A model generated the notes under the pieces. That model was not told the origin of the DNA, made no database searches, and saw only the letters and a list, made by a program, of their open reading frames with translations. The position numbers were made by a program, and so were the translations under genes. DNA of 38,860 nucleotides from Catajapyx aquilonaris (taxonomy: Eukaryota), in NCBI GenBank assembly GCA_000934665.2, contig JYFJ02003691.1, positions 1-38,860 on the forward strand, in the 5' to 3' direction. Positions 11,561-23,662 of this stretch are shown piece after piece; the stretch's first letter is position 1; each line of letters opens with the position of its first letter.

Positions 11561-12470
11561 CCTTGTGATGAGAAACGCTTGATGTTGCCCAAATTTTTCA
11601 CCGAGTGACCAAGATGGTTGCCCAAAATGTGCATGTATGGAGTTACACTCAGTTTGTCATACTGCTCCTGAAGCTCCCGCAGTTGCAAATAATTTTCCAC
11701 CCATGATCGTCCAGCTGCTTCAACCTCATTTGGTTGTCCGGATGTAACTGTTTCCAGCAATGCATCCAATTCCTGAGGGGAGACAACAGCATTCATAACT
11801 TCAGTAGAAGTCAATGGCAACTTGCCATTATTGTAGTGGTGGACTCGCCAATCATTTTCAACCAAAAAGGGAATGTGTAACCAGACAAGACTGACTAATG
11901 CCTTGTTAGCATCTAATTATGTTTCCCAAACGTACAATCTGATTTCACATTTGAATTTTCATGTCTACTCTGAACCTTGAAAGTTACTTACGTGCCAAAG
12001 TTGACACACGTCCTCCCTGGCCAAATTCATCGAGTACTAGACTACCACAAGAGGAATATGTCTATATTACCTGAGAGTGTTGACAGTGCGATCTTATCCC
12101 TTGTGTTTGGGAAAATCTTGACTCGGACACCACATTTCTGCATGGCAACACCTAGCTGTTGGAGGGCAGTTCTTGGCAGTCCTTGCCAATTTTGTGTTCT
12201 TCTTCTTTGGTCCACTTTTTCTCAGTCTACCAATTCGTCCCAACCGCCTGTCGACAACTCTCATTTGTAGGTGTAGGGTGTCAATGATGACGTCGTCAGG
12301 ATTGAGATGGAAAATTGGAAGATGTTGAACTCCATTCCTGTCCGATGCAGTCCAAGGCGCGGAGCTCTGCCTCACTCTCTCCACATGTCATCCACAGTTT
12401 GTCGCTGGTCACGGTGCAGTAGACGCGTGTTTAGAATTGGCGGCCTTCAATCCCATCACTACTAACTCAG
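11561..12470 (-). pseudogene. Intron-containing RAG1/Transib/Chapaev-like transposase, C-terminal half (family member A)
   Basis: MGLKAANSKH..YC, IIDTLHLQMRVVD and VTPYMHILGNHL...KRFSSQG, followed by a GTATGT donor. These parallel RAG1 CTLC, DALH and TNYFHK..H..EG.E. Confidence 0.65.
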
Positions 12471-12677
12471 ACCCTTCCACCCCTTCTCATTGCACTTCAC
12501 AAATTAATGATATGATCAAAAATGCATTAGAATTTATTCTTCAATGGAAGACCTATAATATATTCATGACAATTATTTAAGGCAAAGAATACTAGGACCT
12601 ACATAATTATGTAAATGCAACAATAAATTTCAGCTAATTTTTTAAAGCTTGCCTGGATGGTTTTGGAGCTATCTCTC

Positions 12678-13455
12678 CTGCTTGTGCCTGTGACACAATG
12701 AAATGCAGCTTTGTCACCTTCAATGTGCAGCTTCACGTTCGTGCCACAGTCCTTCATTCCCTGCAGGAGCCTGTCGACGTTAGTAGTTGTAGGCTTGAGC
12801 ATGCCCAGCCTCTTCAGCTTGGCATCCATTTCTTGGCATTCTAGAAGGATATTTTCCAGGAGCTTGTCTACAATCCTCATCATTAAATGGAGGGTGTCCA
12901 CCATGACATCTGATGGTTCTACTGCTAGCCACGGCACGAGACGGACGCCGTTACCAGCAGTAGGGAGGTCCCTCAGCATCGTTTGGATGGTTCTCTTCTC
13001 TGCTGTTCTCTCTGTCCTCCAGAGGTCGTCTTTGTGGACTGAGCAGTAGAGGCACGGGTGATTTGCCGTGGCGTTCCTGAGCCCCAGTGCCATCTGCGAA
13101 AAACTTCATGCGCTTGCCAAGTACTTTGACGGGAACAGACTTCTGGGCCGTGCTGAAAATCTGTCTGTTGCAGGCTAACCTGCTGATCTCCTCGCCGAGA
13201 GAGGAGAGAGCCGCATTCCAGGCGGAGTAGCTTTCGCTCTCCTCGAAGATAATGATAGTCCTGTGGGTTGAGACCGACTCCACGTTTTGGCCTGATCCTT
13301 AAGGCGGAATCCATCCCCCTCGATTTTCACAGTAATATTCAAAGCTTCCAGTGGGACACCCCGCTCGCGGCTCACATCCCGAATGGCCTCTCTGACATCC
13401 TCTTCGAAAGAGTGGGTGCGCACGGCGGTGATTGTTCCCTCTATTCTGGTCACCT
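12678..13455 (-). pseudogene. Intron-containing RAG1/Transib/Chapaev-like transposase, N-terminal catalytic part (family member B)
   Basis: ITVKIEGDGF (first catalytic D), FEESESY, MKFF..MALGLRNATANHPCLYC, MVDTLHLMMRIVDKLL; two frameshifts. Confidence 0.65.
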
Positions 13456-13622
13456 GAGTGGGTATAACAATTTTCGGGTGTAATTATTGTACCGTATTTC
13501 AATATAAATCATTTGAAAATGACCAGAACTTTCTAATTTTCATAATCACCCGCAGTCTCTTCGAGTCCTCCTCCTCCAACGCCTTTTTTTGACAGCACTT
13601 CGAACTCGTCTTCTCCTTCAGC

Positions 13623-13956
13623 TTATAGGTAGTATTCGCCTACGTAAAAATCATCAACATCAGCAACTGCAACTTCTTCCACCTCCTCTTCTACTATAGG
13701 GGGCATCACTTCCACTTTACGCAGAGGGATAATTTTCCCGTCAAGTCCCTGAACCATTGAGCGGTTCCACTGCCACCGCCGCTGGACTTCATGTTCTTCT
13801 GCGCAGTTCTCATGATCATCCCAACACTGTTTCCGAAAATTGCGAGTCAAGATAGGTGGCATAGCTAGATGTGGACTTTCCCCATTGGGGTGCTCGGGGA
13901 GACTTGCACCCTCCGTTCGGGAGCCCGGCTATTAGTGTCACGGTATTATCACACAT
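13623..13956 (-). pseudogene. Diverged paralog of the 513-1016 orphan gene
   Basis: MCDNT...RAPQWG...CWDDHENCAEEHEVQRRWQWNRSMVQGLDGKI...DDFYVGEYYL; conserved 5' intron at 13957-14022. Confidence 0.55.
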
Positions 13957-14272
13957 CTTGAGAAGCAAGAGAGCACGGTTTTAACGAACACGCATGACAA
14001 CTTCTACATCTGGTTGTCTTACACACATGATGATGATGATGATGTCCAGCAATGTTTGTAAACTAGAACTAACTCACTAAGTAACTAACAAGCAAGGGAT
14101 GATGATTATGATGAAGAAGAAGAATTCCAGCGATGTTTGTAAGCTGGGACTCCATTTCTTCTGCCCAAAACCCCTCCCCCCCCCCCTTCCCTGGTTATGA
14201 TCGGCTAAACTCTGGCGCATCACCGCTCCACCTGTCCATGTCCCTCCGTCTTCTTAGGACTTCTCGTCTGCC

Positions 14273-14541
14273 TTATTCTGCAGCTGCCTTCTTGTTGAGT
14301 CTTTTAGTTGGGCCAGAAGGCAGGGCCTGGACATTAGGCCCTCGCTTGCGGCTTTTTCGCTGCTGTATGATGCCTCCACCATGCCAGTACTCATCATCCA
14401 TCTTTTTATACTGCCGCTTTTTCCTGGAGTACGCAGAGTGCACCTGTCTTCTTCGCAGGGCTCTGAACACGTCTTCTGCTGCGTTCCACTTATTTGTACT
14501 GTGGAAAGCTGTATTTAATACGTCATTTTTCTTCTCAAGAG
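14273..14541 (-). pseudogene. Terminal exon of a RAG1-like transposase carrying the putative catalytic Glu
   Basis: The acceptor ttctag|CT CTT GAG AAG AAA AAT GAC is phase-1 compatible with CAA G|gt donors, giving Q-A-L-E-K-K-N-D; basic C-terminal tail. Confidence 0.5.
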
Positions 14542-15279
14542 CTAGAAGCAGAATTTGTTGCAGATTAGGCTTGTGCATTTTACACTGACACACTTGGACA
14601 TATTACTTATCAATTTCTTCGTGCATTTAATTTATACATATATGCATTATTCGCACATAGAGGCCTACTGTACAGGGTGTTCATGAAAAACACCGACACA
14701 CCTATATCATCCCCGACCTAGGGACCAGACGATCACATTATGTAGAGGAGTGATTATTCCTGGGCCGCCTCATTACCGCGCAAATTGCCTTCAAACAGGT
14801 AGTATAAAATATCCTGGAAGTTAGACCACCCAACGAACCCTTCCCCAGTCAGAAGGGTCTGGAAGGTCTGGGGGCCGGACTTCGTTGGTTTGTTTCCAAC
14901 AGGTGGTAAGGCCTCTATGACTAATTACACCTGTAAATTCTATTTAAAAGTCATATTATCAGTGGTATGTACAATACTACATACATTTTCACACATGGCA
15001 TGACAATCTCTATGTAAATGTACCTTGCACACGGTCCAATACAGTCATAGCGCATTACAAAATTAATAATTCTTATTTTCCCATGGCATTTGTATATTGA
15101 GCCTCGTAGGGTTGTAGAGGAACATCCAGGTCTTCCACGTGGCTATCAGAAAAATCACCCCCGATGAATGATGCTTCCATGTCATCTTCGTCAGATTCAT
15201 CGCAGCTGGAATCTCTTGCCAAGATAATGACGAGGTCATCAAATATTTCCTCATGCGGCTGCAATAATCGTCTGCTTCT

Positions 15280-16300
15280 GCTTTGTTGTCAGGACGATTG
15301 ATGTGCCAACCCGGTGTGCCGTGAGAATAGAGCAGAGGATACTGGAACGCCTCGCACAGAGGATGGAAGGAATTGACAGTGTGTGGCTTTGCTTGGCCCA
15401 CCTTCCAAATGCAAATCTGACGAGGGTTGTAAGCCTCTGACTCCGTGCTGATGACGGCAGCCACCTCCATTATTTGAGGACGGTCACCTAGAACCGGGCC
15501 GTGAGTTGCACGAGTGGTCTCCTCGAAGACGAGGTGCGCGACATCTGAGGGCTCACGACTCAGGCGCTTGAAGTGGTCGATAAGTGGATTATTCGAGTGC
15601 AAGTAATCCGAAATGGCAGAAACGATCCCAGAATCCAAGCTCTCCTGGTTGGCCCAACGCTGCCTCTCCTCACCATCATCAATGTACAAGTACGAGTGGT
15701 TTTTGTAGGGACCACCGTACGACAGGTCAAACACCTTGTGGTAGGTCCTTCCAAGAATTTTTGTAAAAGAGAGACCTGTCCGCGCATGTTGGAACCCGTG
15801 TGGCACTACAAGTGCACTGAAAGCGAAGATGTCGTTATACATCCGCGGCCTCTGCCAGAATTGACCAGACTCATAAAAAACGCCGTCAAGAGGTGGAAAG
15901 TTGACGACGTTGTACGAGCCACGACCGCAGCACCATTCAACCCTGCCTGGCTCCTCCTGAAAAACATGGGCCTGACAGTCCTGGCACTTGTGGCAGTCGG
16001 CTGACAGCAGTGAGGGCGTTTGCAGTCTATACGCGTCGACTTCCTTCAGTTGCTCTCCGCGCCACTCACCGATCCCCGTCTTGCGCCTGAGGTGAGGTGG
16101 CAGGTACCTGGCTACACGAGCTTCATAAGCCCGGCCTGAGGGTCGCACTTGCTTCGGGTTGGTCCGAGAGTAAGTACGCCTAGCGTCTTGCACCGCATCA
16201 GGGTGGTTTTGCTGATAGCGGCACCTAGCCTCAGCCGCCTGGTCTTTGACTGATTTTGCAGTGCACTTAGGGCGCCCACGCTGCTTTTTCTTGGGACGTC
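15280..16300 (-). mobile_element. Helitron RepHel N-terminal fragment (zinc finger plus Helitron-like N region), lacking Rep and helicase
   Basis: CQDCQA..F.EE...CCGRG, RMYNDIFAFSAL, KILGRTYH, LYIDD, NNPLIDHFK, EVAAVI, HPLCEAFQYPLLYSHGTPGWH. Confidence 0.85.
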
Positions 16301-17334
16301 GCCTCCCAACATGGGACGCCTCCTCATCGCAAGTCTCAAGGACAAGCCTGTGAACGACATAAAAACGGAGGACACCGTCCACTGCAGAATGCAAGAGAAG
16401 GAGGTGGGCAAGACCAGCCTGAGTAGAGCACCGGAAAAGACGTGCGAGTTTCGCTCTCATCATGTAAATCATCAGCACTGATGACCCACTAGGTGGCGGA
16501 TAGAAACTCTTAAAGCATTTCAACCTGTCAAAATCTTCAAAGTAGCTCTGGTAGTTTCACTTGACCAGTGCGGCAGGGAAGGAGTGGGAGATACCGAGTG
16601 TCTCTTCATAGGCCCAAGTTGTGATTTTTCACTTAATTTTCTGCCTAGTATATCCAGGTATCCCATAATTGTGTTTTATACTAGCCTGATAGTATGATTG
16701 TTCAATTCAGTCTGTCATATTTTTCTATTGCCAACCACTGCACTGTCAGAATTAAAATTATTTATTACATGTTCATGGCGTTGTGAAACTCTAAAAATTA
16801 CAGAAATGTCACACCAGTCGAGTACCTTCGCAAAAGCTGTGCAGAATTTCCCAGAAGCGGAAAAAATTACCCAGGCTAAGTACTTATAATTGGGTTAGAT
16901 TTCCACCGACGTTTTATTTATGAAAAATTTAAGGTCCTTCGAAAGGCGTCCCCCCTTCCTAGATACTATTGCCTTGGTCTTCATTATGTTGAGTTCAAGT
17001 TTTTTTTTTGCCAAACCATGGTTGAAACAACTAACTAATGGTTGTCATCAGTTGGCTTACATAACTAATGGACCCTTTCTCATTGACAAAAATGTTTGAA
17101 ATTATACCCAAGTGAGGGAGAAACACATCCTCATCAGTACCAACAGACACGCACATGTTTAACCTGACCGCGTCGTGAACGAAGTCGGCAGACACTCCCT
17201 AATGTGTGTCTGGGGAGGAATTCTTGCCAGGGGAGGTATTATTGCCAGGGGAGGTATTATTGTTGAGAATAAAACACCTAGTTTTTCAATATTTGTTTTA
17301 TATTCACTGATATTCCGGGTGAATCTTATCTGGG

Positions 17335-17350
17335 AGGTTGAGAACCATTG
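17335..17350 (-). repeat. Buster/Charlie-type hAT terminal inverted repeat
   Basis: Minus-strand CAATGGTTCTCAACCT preceded by the 8-bp ctcTAcac (nnnTAnnn) target. Confidence 0.5.
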
Positions 17351-17358
17351 GTGTAGAG

Positions 17359-17500
17359 AGTGTGACAGCAGTACCAGTAATACATGCATGTTGGGGAATC
17401 AGTCCTTGTTACAATTTTGCAACGCCTCAATGGCGTGCTTAGGCGGTGACCCTGCAAATTCTTGCCATTTCTCAACCCGCATGTCCCATTCTCCTTTTAG
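17359..17500 (-). pseudogene. hAT C-terminal dimerisation domain fragment (THAP12/P52rIPK-like)
   Basis: Manual translation PPKHAIEALQNCNKD*FPNMHVLL. Confidence 0.6.
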
Positions 17501-18013
17501 AGGATGGACAGACTAGTGTTATGGAGGTCATTTTTGTAGCAGTGAATAGCACCTTCCAAGTCTGGAAATTCATTCCTCACGGCATGTTCTACACCACGGG
17601 CACTCCTTCACTGCTTATTCCGTTTTCCTCCTCGGCTTCCCGCTGGTTGCTGGTCCCTCCGGGGCGTTAGGCTCTCCTTTGTTCCTGCAGACTGTGTGGG
17701 GTTAGCCAGGGGTGGAAGGGTATCGCTCTTGGTTTGTTTTGGCGCTGCGGTGGAGCCTCAATGCGGCGTCTCTTTGTGGGAGAGGTGGGCCAACCTGGCT
17801 GCTTCCTCTTTTGCCCACGCTTGTCAGTCACAGTTGCTGGTGGCTGAGGAGCTGCAGGTGGTGGTGCCTGTGACTCATCATGGGCTCATGGCTGCTGTTC
17901 TGCCTTACGGCCCTGCTGGCCTTCTGTCTGGTGGCATAAGGATTTATGGCCTTGGCCACTCCACAGGATCTGGCGTCTTGCCACCCCTTCACAAGGGCCC
18001 CCCCTGATGTTGT

Positions 18014-18750
18014 TTATCGCTGTCTGCAAACGGCACCAAAATTAGATGCCGTAAGTCTCGGGTACCTCAATTCCTTCCACAAGTCACTCTTACCTTGGTT
18101 CAGTGTCTCCTTCTGCATGGTTTCTTGCTCGGCTTTACTAACTTGAAGGGATGTCATGTATTCTCCGCAGGCCGCCTTCATGTCCTCGTCAGAGATGTCC
18201 ATTTCGAGGGAGTTGGGACCACGCTGTTGTCGTACGTGTTTTCATAGAGGTAGTTCAGAGTGGATCTTTCTGTACCACCTTCTTCGCCACTTCCTTCCTC
18301 TTGCGCTGCTTCAGTTTCCTCCTTCCCCGTGACTTCTCACCTGCTTACCGCCTTCTGTCTTGCTTCAATAGCACACGCTTCGTGAAGAAGCCCGGACTCC
18401 TTTGAAGCACCCGCCTCAGGGGAGACAGGTGGCAGCAAGGTCTGCGTGTGAAGGACATACCTGCAGCGGCACACCTTCTGCCATAACTCACTCTCTTGGT
18501 AAAATTTATTCTCTTTCCCCCGCACATTCTCTCAACGGCACACGCGAAGTGCTCTGCCGAATTGCTGTTATTATTCTGCAGCAAGCGACCAACTTTGCAG
18601 ATCAGGGGGTTTACAATGGTCATTACTTCTTGGAAGAGGCCCGTCTTTTGCAACTCGGCGACTTGTTTTTTCTCGTCCAAGTTCTTCCTGGTGCAGATTG
18701 TCCCTGCATTTGGAATGGTCCCCGAAGACGTGGCTAGGGCCATTCAACAC
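18014..18750 (-). pseudogene. DDE transposase C-terminus fused to a YqaJ/lambda-exonuclease domain (Kolobok-E-like, tentative)
   Basis: NGPSHVFGDHSKC, NNSNSAEHF...GGKRINFTKRVSYGRRCAAA, then TLNQGKSDLWKELRYPRLTASNFGAVCR (YqaJ N-terminal motif). Confidence 0.72.
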
Positions 18751-19103
18751 CTTGCCTTGTGGAAAAGGAATATCTTTAACTACAGTAGCACCTTCCACTA
18801 CCAGCTTAATTCTGGTGGTGCTATCCAGTTGATCGCTCCCATCTGTGCTGAGAATCAGCAGAGGGGCTGATGTTGTGATTTCTGCATCAGGAGTCTGAAA
18901 ATTTTGAAATATCATGTAAGCAATGGATTGTGTTCCAGAAAACTTGATAATTTCTCGACTACAAGCTTGCATATAGGCCTACTTAGGAAAAAAACAAAAA
19001 ACATGTGGTATGTCCCCTAGGTACGTGGGAAGTCCACTTGCAAGCAAATGTGACAGAAGGTCAAATTATGGATGTAATTGGGATAAGGGTTAGGGTTGGC
19101 ATT

Positions 19104-19732
19104 TGAGATTAAGGGTAGGTTCCGATGCCCACCGGGTTCTCCAGTCCAGTCCAGAGTGGGTTGGGGCACTCTTAATCAAGGCGAATTCCTCAGTACACAT
19201 TTATTGATCAGTACATGACACAATGGTTATAGACATTATACAGACATTGTACAGGATGACCACCCGTGCTTACAGCTGGACATGGAACCAGGACTTCACT
19301 GGAAACACGTGCACAGTATTGACACCCTCATACTCACTGCTGGTACTGGCGCCGGCTTCTCGGCTCCAGGAATAGCTTGGGTCTCTTCTCCCGTGTCTCT
19401 GGACTGATCCAGATGACCAAGTAACTGCTGACTGGTCGATTCTCCTTATGATCGACTGCTCTACCGTTCCTCCGACTCGAACTGGCTGAATCCTTATATA
19501 GCGCCCCTGATACTTTCGGTTTCTTCTGATTTTCTTAGAAAAGCGGGTTTGGTGGTCCTTGTAGGCTCATACAGTATTACTTTCTGTTCTTGTCCGGGTT
19601 GTAGGTCAATAGGCAGTCAGTAGGACTCCATTACTCTAGGTACATATAGCCATATCGCTCTTCCTCAGTTCCATGTATATCTGCTGGTTATGTGATATTG
19701 CCAGGAAAGGTGCTTCGGGGTGGATTACAACA
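19104..19732 (-). mobile_element. Candidate solo LTR
   Basis: TG...CA ends with near-TSD GCATT/GCATG; minus-strand TATATAA (19494-19500) upstream of AATAAA (19200-19205); non-coding. Confidence 0.45.
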
Positions 19733-19910
19733 GCATGTTCATTTTCATGCAACAAGGAAGGCCACGCGAATGCTTTGTTAATTGATATGTTTGCAAATTT
19801 GATTTTAAAGGTAATTAGATAAAAAATGTCACTCTCCGTGATGTTGCTGCTGCGTGTACGCTAGCCCATTTATAATAATAGCATAAAAATTATTTTGCAG
19901 CACTGCATAC

Positions 19911-20232
19911 CTTCATCTTGTGTATCCCAGTTGGCTGCACCGCATATGTGGAAGTGCATTTTCCTATAATCCTGGTTCGTCAGGGATTGGTAGCTTCCCA
20001 GTGTAAATGGGTCTGTGCTTCCTGGTAGGTTCTTGACTTCGCTGAAATCCCTGTACAGTAACAGGTAGGGGCCAGTGTGGTCAGGGATGCTGGCCATTTG
20101 CGTTCTCATGGCAGTTACCAGGGCATCTCTCAGCCGAGCTGCATTAGAATTCACTCCCACTGTCACTGTGACAGACGTCATCTTACAACGCACTGGCCTG
20201 CCTTGGTCCTTTCTTACAAAGGAGCCTTTTAT
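19911..20232 (-). pseudogene. Exon of a ubiquitin-like-fold domain typical of transposon-borne G2E3/HECT-like genes
   Basis: YLLLYRDFSEVKNLPGSTDPFTLGSYQ...Y.KM.FHIC pattern; flanked by a tgcag acceptor and a gtatg donor. Confidence 0.4.
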
Positions 20233-20375
20233 CTGCAAATGAAATAATTACTGGAGTTACTACATGCCTGTGGCTGTTGGTCCTGTCAAGTATATTATGT
20301 TAGTACAGCAACTTACGAGTGCTGTAAACTCTGCTAGAGAAAGTAACCCGTTAAATATCCACCTTTACTCTGAAT

Positions 20376-21040
20376 TCAAAACTGATTTATACTTACAATC
20401 ACTGATGGACTTACGAAGTTCAATTGCCGGGGTAGTTTATCTTTTATTTCTGCGAGTGCTTTCAGGAATTCAGGTGGGCTTATTACGTAGGGACTCAATT
20501 TACCCATCGCTGCTAAATCAATTGCATGAATGAGCTGTGTAATGTCTGTGTGACACTGGGCCAATGCTGATTCAATTTCTCTTAAGTAATTGTCGATTCT
20601 CTCCAAACTCATTAGATGTCTCTCCAAAACCTTGGGCCAGTGCTGCCAGTGAAACAGTCAAGTCTTTCGTGATGTTTGCTAATCTGTTGTTAAGTCTGGT
20701 ATTCCGTATTGTATGTTCATTTCCTTGGTCTAAGAGGCTCGTCTGGTTTTCTAGTAAATGTAACGTCTCCTCTTTACTCCTATCTAACTCTTCTATTTTC
20801 TCGTTAATGGCGGCGGTTAAGTCTGCGTCATGTAACGTGCCAAACATCCATTTCAGTACACTTCCACGCCCATTCATGAGTCCTCTTCGATTTCGGCCAC
20901 TCCTGACTGTAAACGAATCAGTCAGTCCTGACAACATACCCTCCAATCTATAAGTTTCATTGAGCAAGTGGTCCTTTTCCTTTAACTCTAAATAACTTAT
21001 CAATGCTCTAAATCCTTTGTTACTGCTTATTGAATTTTTT
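20376..21040 (-). pseudogene. env: Envelope fusion protein (baculovirus F / errantivirus Env-like) fragment
   Basis: Furin site RNRR followed by the fusion peptide GLMNGRGSVLKWMFGTLHDAD, a heptad region and GKLSPYVISP. Confidence 0.8.
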
Positions 21041-21061
21041 CCCCGTGACTGTCATTTAGTA

Positions 21062-21851
21062 CATTTGTCTAAGAAGGGAGGTATTAATCTTATTAGTCTA
21101 CCAGTACATATTATGTCAACATACCTTGTGATGAGAAGCTCTTGATGTTGCCAAAAAATTTTAACCCAGTGACCAAGATGGCTGCCCAAAATGTGCATGT
21201 ACGGAATGAAGTTCCCGCAGTTGCAAATAATTTTCCACCCATGATCGGCCAGCTGCATCACCCTCATTTGGTTGTCCGGATGCAACTGTTTCCAGCAATG
21301 CATTCAAGTCCTGAGGGGAGAAAACAGCATTCATAACTTCAGTAGAAGTCAATGGCAACTTGCCATTATTGTAGTGGTGGACTCGCCAATCATTTTCAAC
21401 CAAAAAGGGAATGTGTAACCAGACAAGACTGACTAATGCCTTATTAGCATCTAATTATGTTTCCCAAACGTACAATCTGATTTCACATTTGAATTTTCAT
21501 GTCTACTCTGAACCTTGAAAGTTACTTACATGCCAAAGTTGACACCCTGGTGTCATCAGAAATTATTCCTTGCAGTTTGGATGGCAGTTTCTTTAAGGGA
21601 GTATTTCTATCCTTGCCTGCAATTTTTAAAAAAAAATGTTAATATTGCAGCTTTCGGCCAAATTCATCGAGTACTAGACTACCACAAGAGGAATATATGT
21701 ATATTACCTGAGAGTGTTGACAGTGCGGTCTTATCGCTTGTGTTTGGGAAAATCTTGACTCGGACACCACATTTCTGCGTGGCAACACCTAGCTGTTGGA
21801 GGGCAGTTCTTGGCAGTCCTTGCAAGTTTTGGGATCTTCTTTGGTCCACTT
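21062..21851 (-). pseudogene. Second copy of RAG1-like family member A (direct repeat of 11391-12217)
   Basis: Near-identical blocks. This copy has deletions but retains an extra exon segment (about 21547-21655, GKDRNTPLKKLPSKL) that is absent from the other copy. Confidence 0.75.
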
Positions 21852-22439
21852 GCTGAACTTCTTCCTAGAAGAGATCTTCAGCTGACTGCTGTCTTCCTTA
21901 TGCAGGCTTGCATCTTCTCGCTCCATATTTTCATCGGACTTCTTGTCTCCACTACCGGGGGGTCAGTACTCAGCAAGGAGGCTTGAAGGGGACAGTTGGT
22001 TAGCGGTGGCCAATAGAATGAAACATCAGCTCAGATTGGGAGGTCATTGGTGATCAGCATCACCTGGCTTATGTGCAGGTAAATTGTCACGCTGTGCAAA
22101 AGTTTCTTTTCGATAAAGATAACGAACTGCAGCTGGAGAGCTTTCATAAAGCAGTTCATTGTAAATTATTCTCCTGACATTCACCACCATCGGTCAAATT
22201 GTAGAGAAGGCTGAGATAATTTTTTTGAAAATATTGCTCAACTGACACGATTCAGTACATCCTGTGCATATGCCACGTCATCCTGGGTTGTCTCGTGCAT
22301 ATATCCTGGTTCCTCTCTGAATGATGATAGAAGGTTGACCAGTGTACCTACATTTGGCACATGGCTGTATTTTATATATGTCCTTATTTATGGTGTATAT
22401 CAAATGAATGTAATTTCTACTTGATGTTTCTTCTGCTTG

Positions 22440-22740
22440 TTGCCCAAAGAACATCCCTACATTATTTTTATTGAAGCTGGCGGCCCTGGCCAGACTGGTC
22501 GCTTCAGGCACCCGAATAGAGGGAGAGGGATGTCGACCTAAATATCCTCGGAACCAATCCTTCCCAGCCATTTCGTGGTCTTTCCAAGAAGGTGGGATGT
22601 CGATGCGGAATGCAACTGCACATAGAAAAGCCAATCGTCTAACATCTTGTGGTGTCAGGCCAAAGTAAATACTCTCCTCTTTTTTAACGTAGCTTTGCAG
22701 TTGACTTTTGAGAGCAGGGTCTATGGTTTGATTTTGGGTA
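22440..22740 (-). pseudogene. pogo/Tigger (CENP-B HTH) transposase fragment
   Basis: YFGLTPQDVRRLAF...AGKDWFRGYLGRHP...IRVPEATSLARAASFNKNNVGMFF. Confidence 0.85.
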
Positions 22741-22957
22741 TGAAATATTATACAAATTTTAGTGACTCTCTTCTACGGGCATTTTATTACACCTGTTGTA
22801 AAATTAATACAATAGAAACCCCACAGCTGTCTTCAGGCACCTCGAGATACCATTAGGTTCCAGTAGGGGGTTTCACAATAATACAATGACCAATCGCTGA
22901 TTTCATAACCAGAGGCTCCAAGTGACATTTTACAGCATCTTCTGACGTTAGTATTAC

Positions 22958-23159
22958 AGAGCGTCGACTCCCCAAGGTGACAATAGCAAAGGCCTCCGAA
23001 GCGTTCGCACTCACCTCTTTATGCAGTGCAATGCTATACCGACTGTTAGACAATCGATTCGCCAACACAAAGTTAAACTGATATGTGGTCTGCAACCACA
23101 AGATGTCACGCAACTGCTCCAGCTAGCGAGGCCAGATTTCTGCTGAGATGATGGACCCC
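22958..23159 (+). repeat. About 200-bp direct repeat shared with 34309-34510
   Basis: agagcgtcgactcccc...gatgatggacccc is nearly identical at both sites. Confidence 0.9.
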
Positions 23160-23662
23160 GGGCGGGGCGAAGACGTGTTTGGCGCCCTCTAGTCGGTGCT
23201 CCGTGGTCCTGGCCCAATCCCATGGTGAAGTAGGAAGGGGCCGGTTGGGCCCAATCGCGGGCACCAGGCTGGCCTCCAGCTCCCTCGGCGGGCCCGGGCG
23301 GAAACGCAGCGGCCACGGCTGCCACGGGTGGTCCACATGGTGGACGTGGCCCCCCGGCGAACCCCTGTCCACTTCCGGGGCGAACACAGGGGCAGGAAAC
23401 TGGGTTCCTCTGGAGCATCTCTCAGGAACAGAAGCGGGTGGGCGGGGCGTCCCATCACGGGCGCCCGCACGTGCAGTCCCAGGACGGCCGCGGCCACGGT
23501 GGTGGCCCCTGGCAGCCGACGAGGCGCCGGCCTCACGCTGGGCGCCGAAAAAGTTTACCCATGGCACACCAATGCATGGCCCATGGAACCCTTCAGGAAC
23601 GGAGTCCTTGAAGTGATAGAATCCCTCACAATCAGACAATGTTGCAAAACATTCACATAGGC

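Noticed and set aside
14027..14125. (GAT)n/(GAA)n runs
   Set aside because: Ordinary microsatellite.
17165..17262. Plus-strand Tc1-like motif (GRHSLMCVWGGI) followed by an 18-bp tandem duplication
   Set aside because: Too short to support a call. If real it would be a minor exception to the strand bias.
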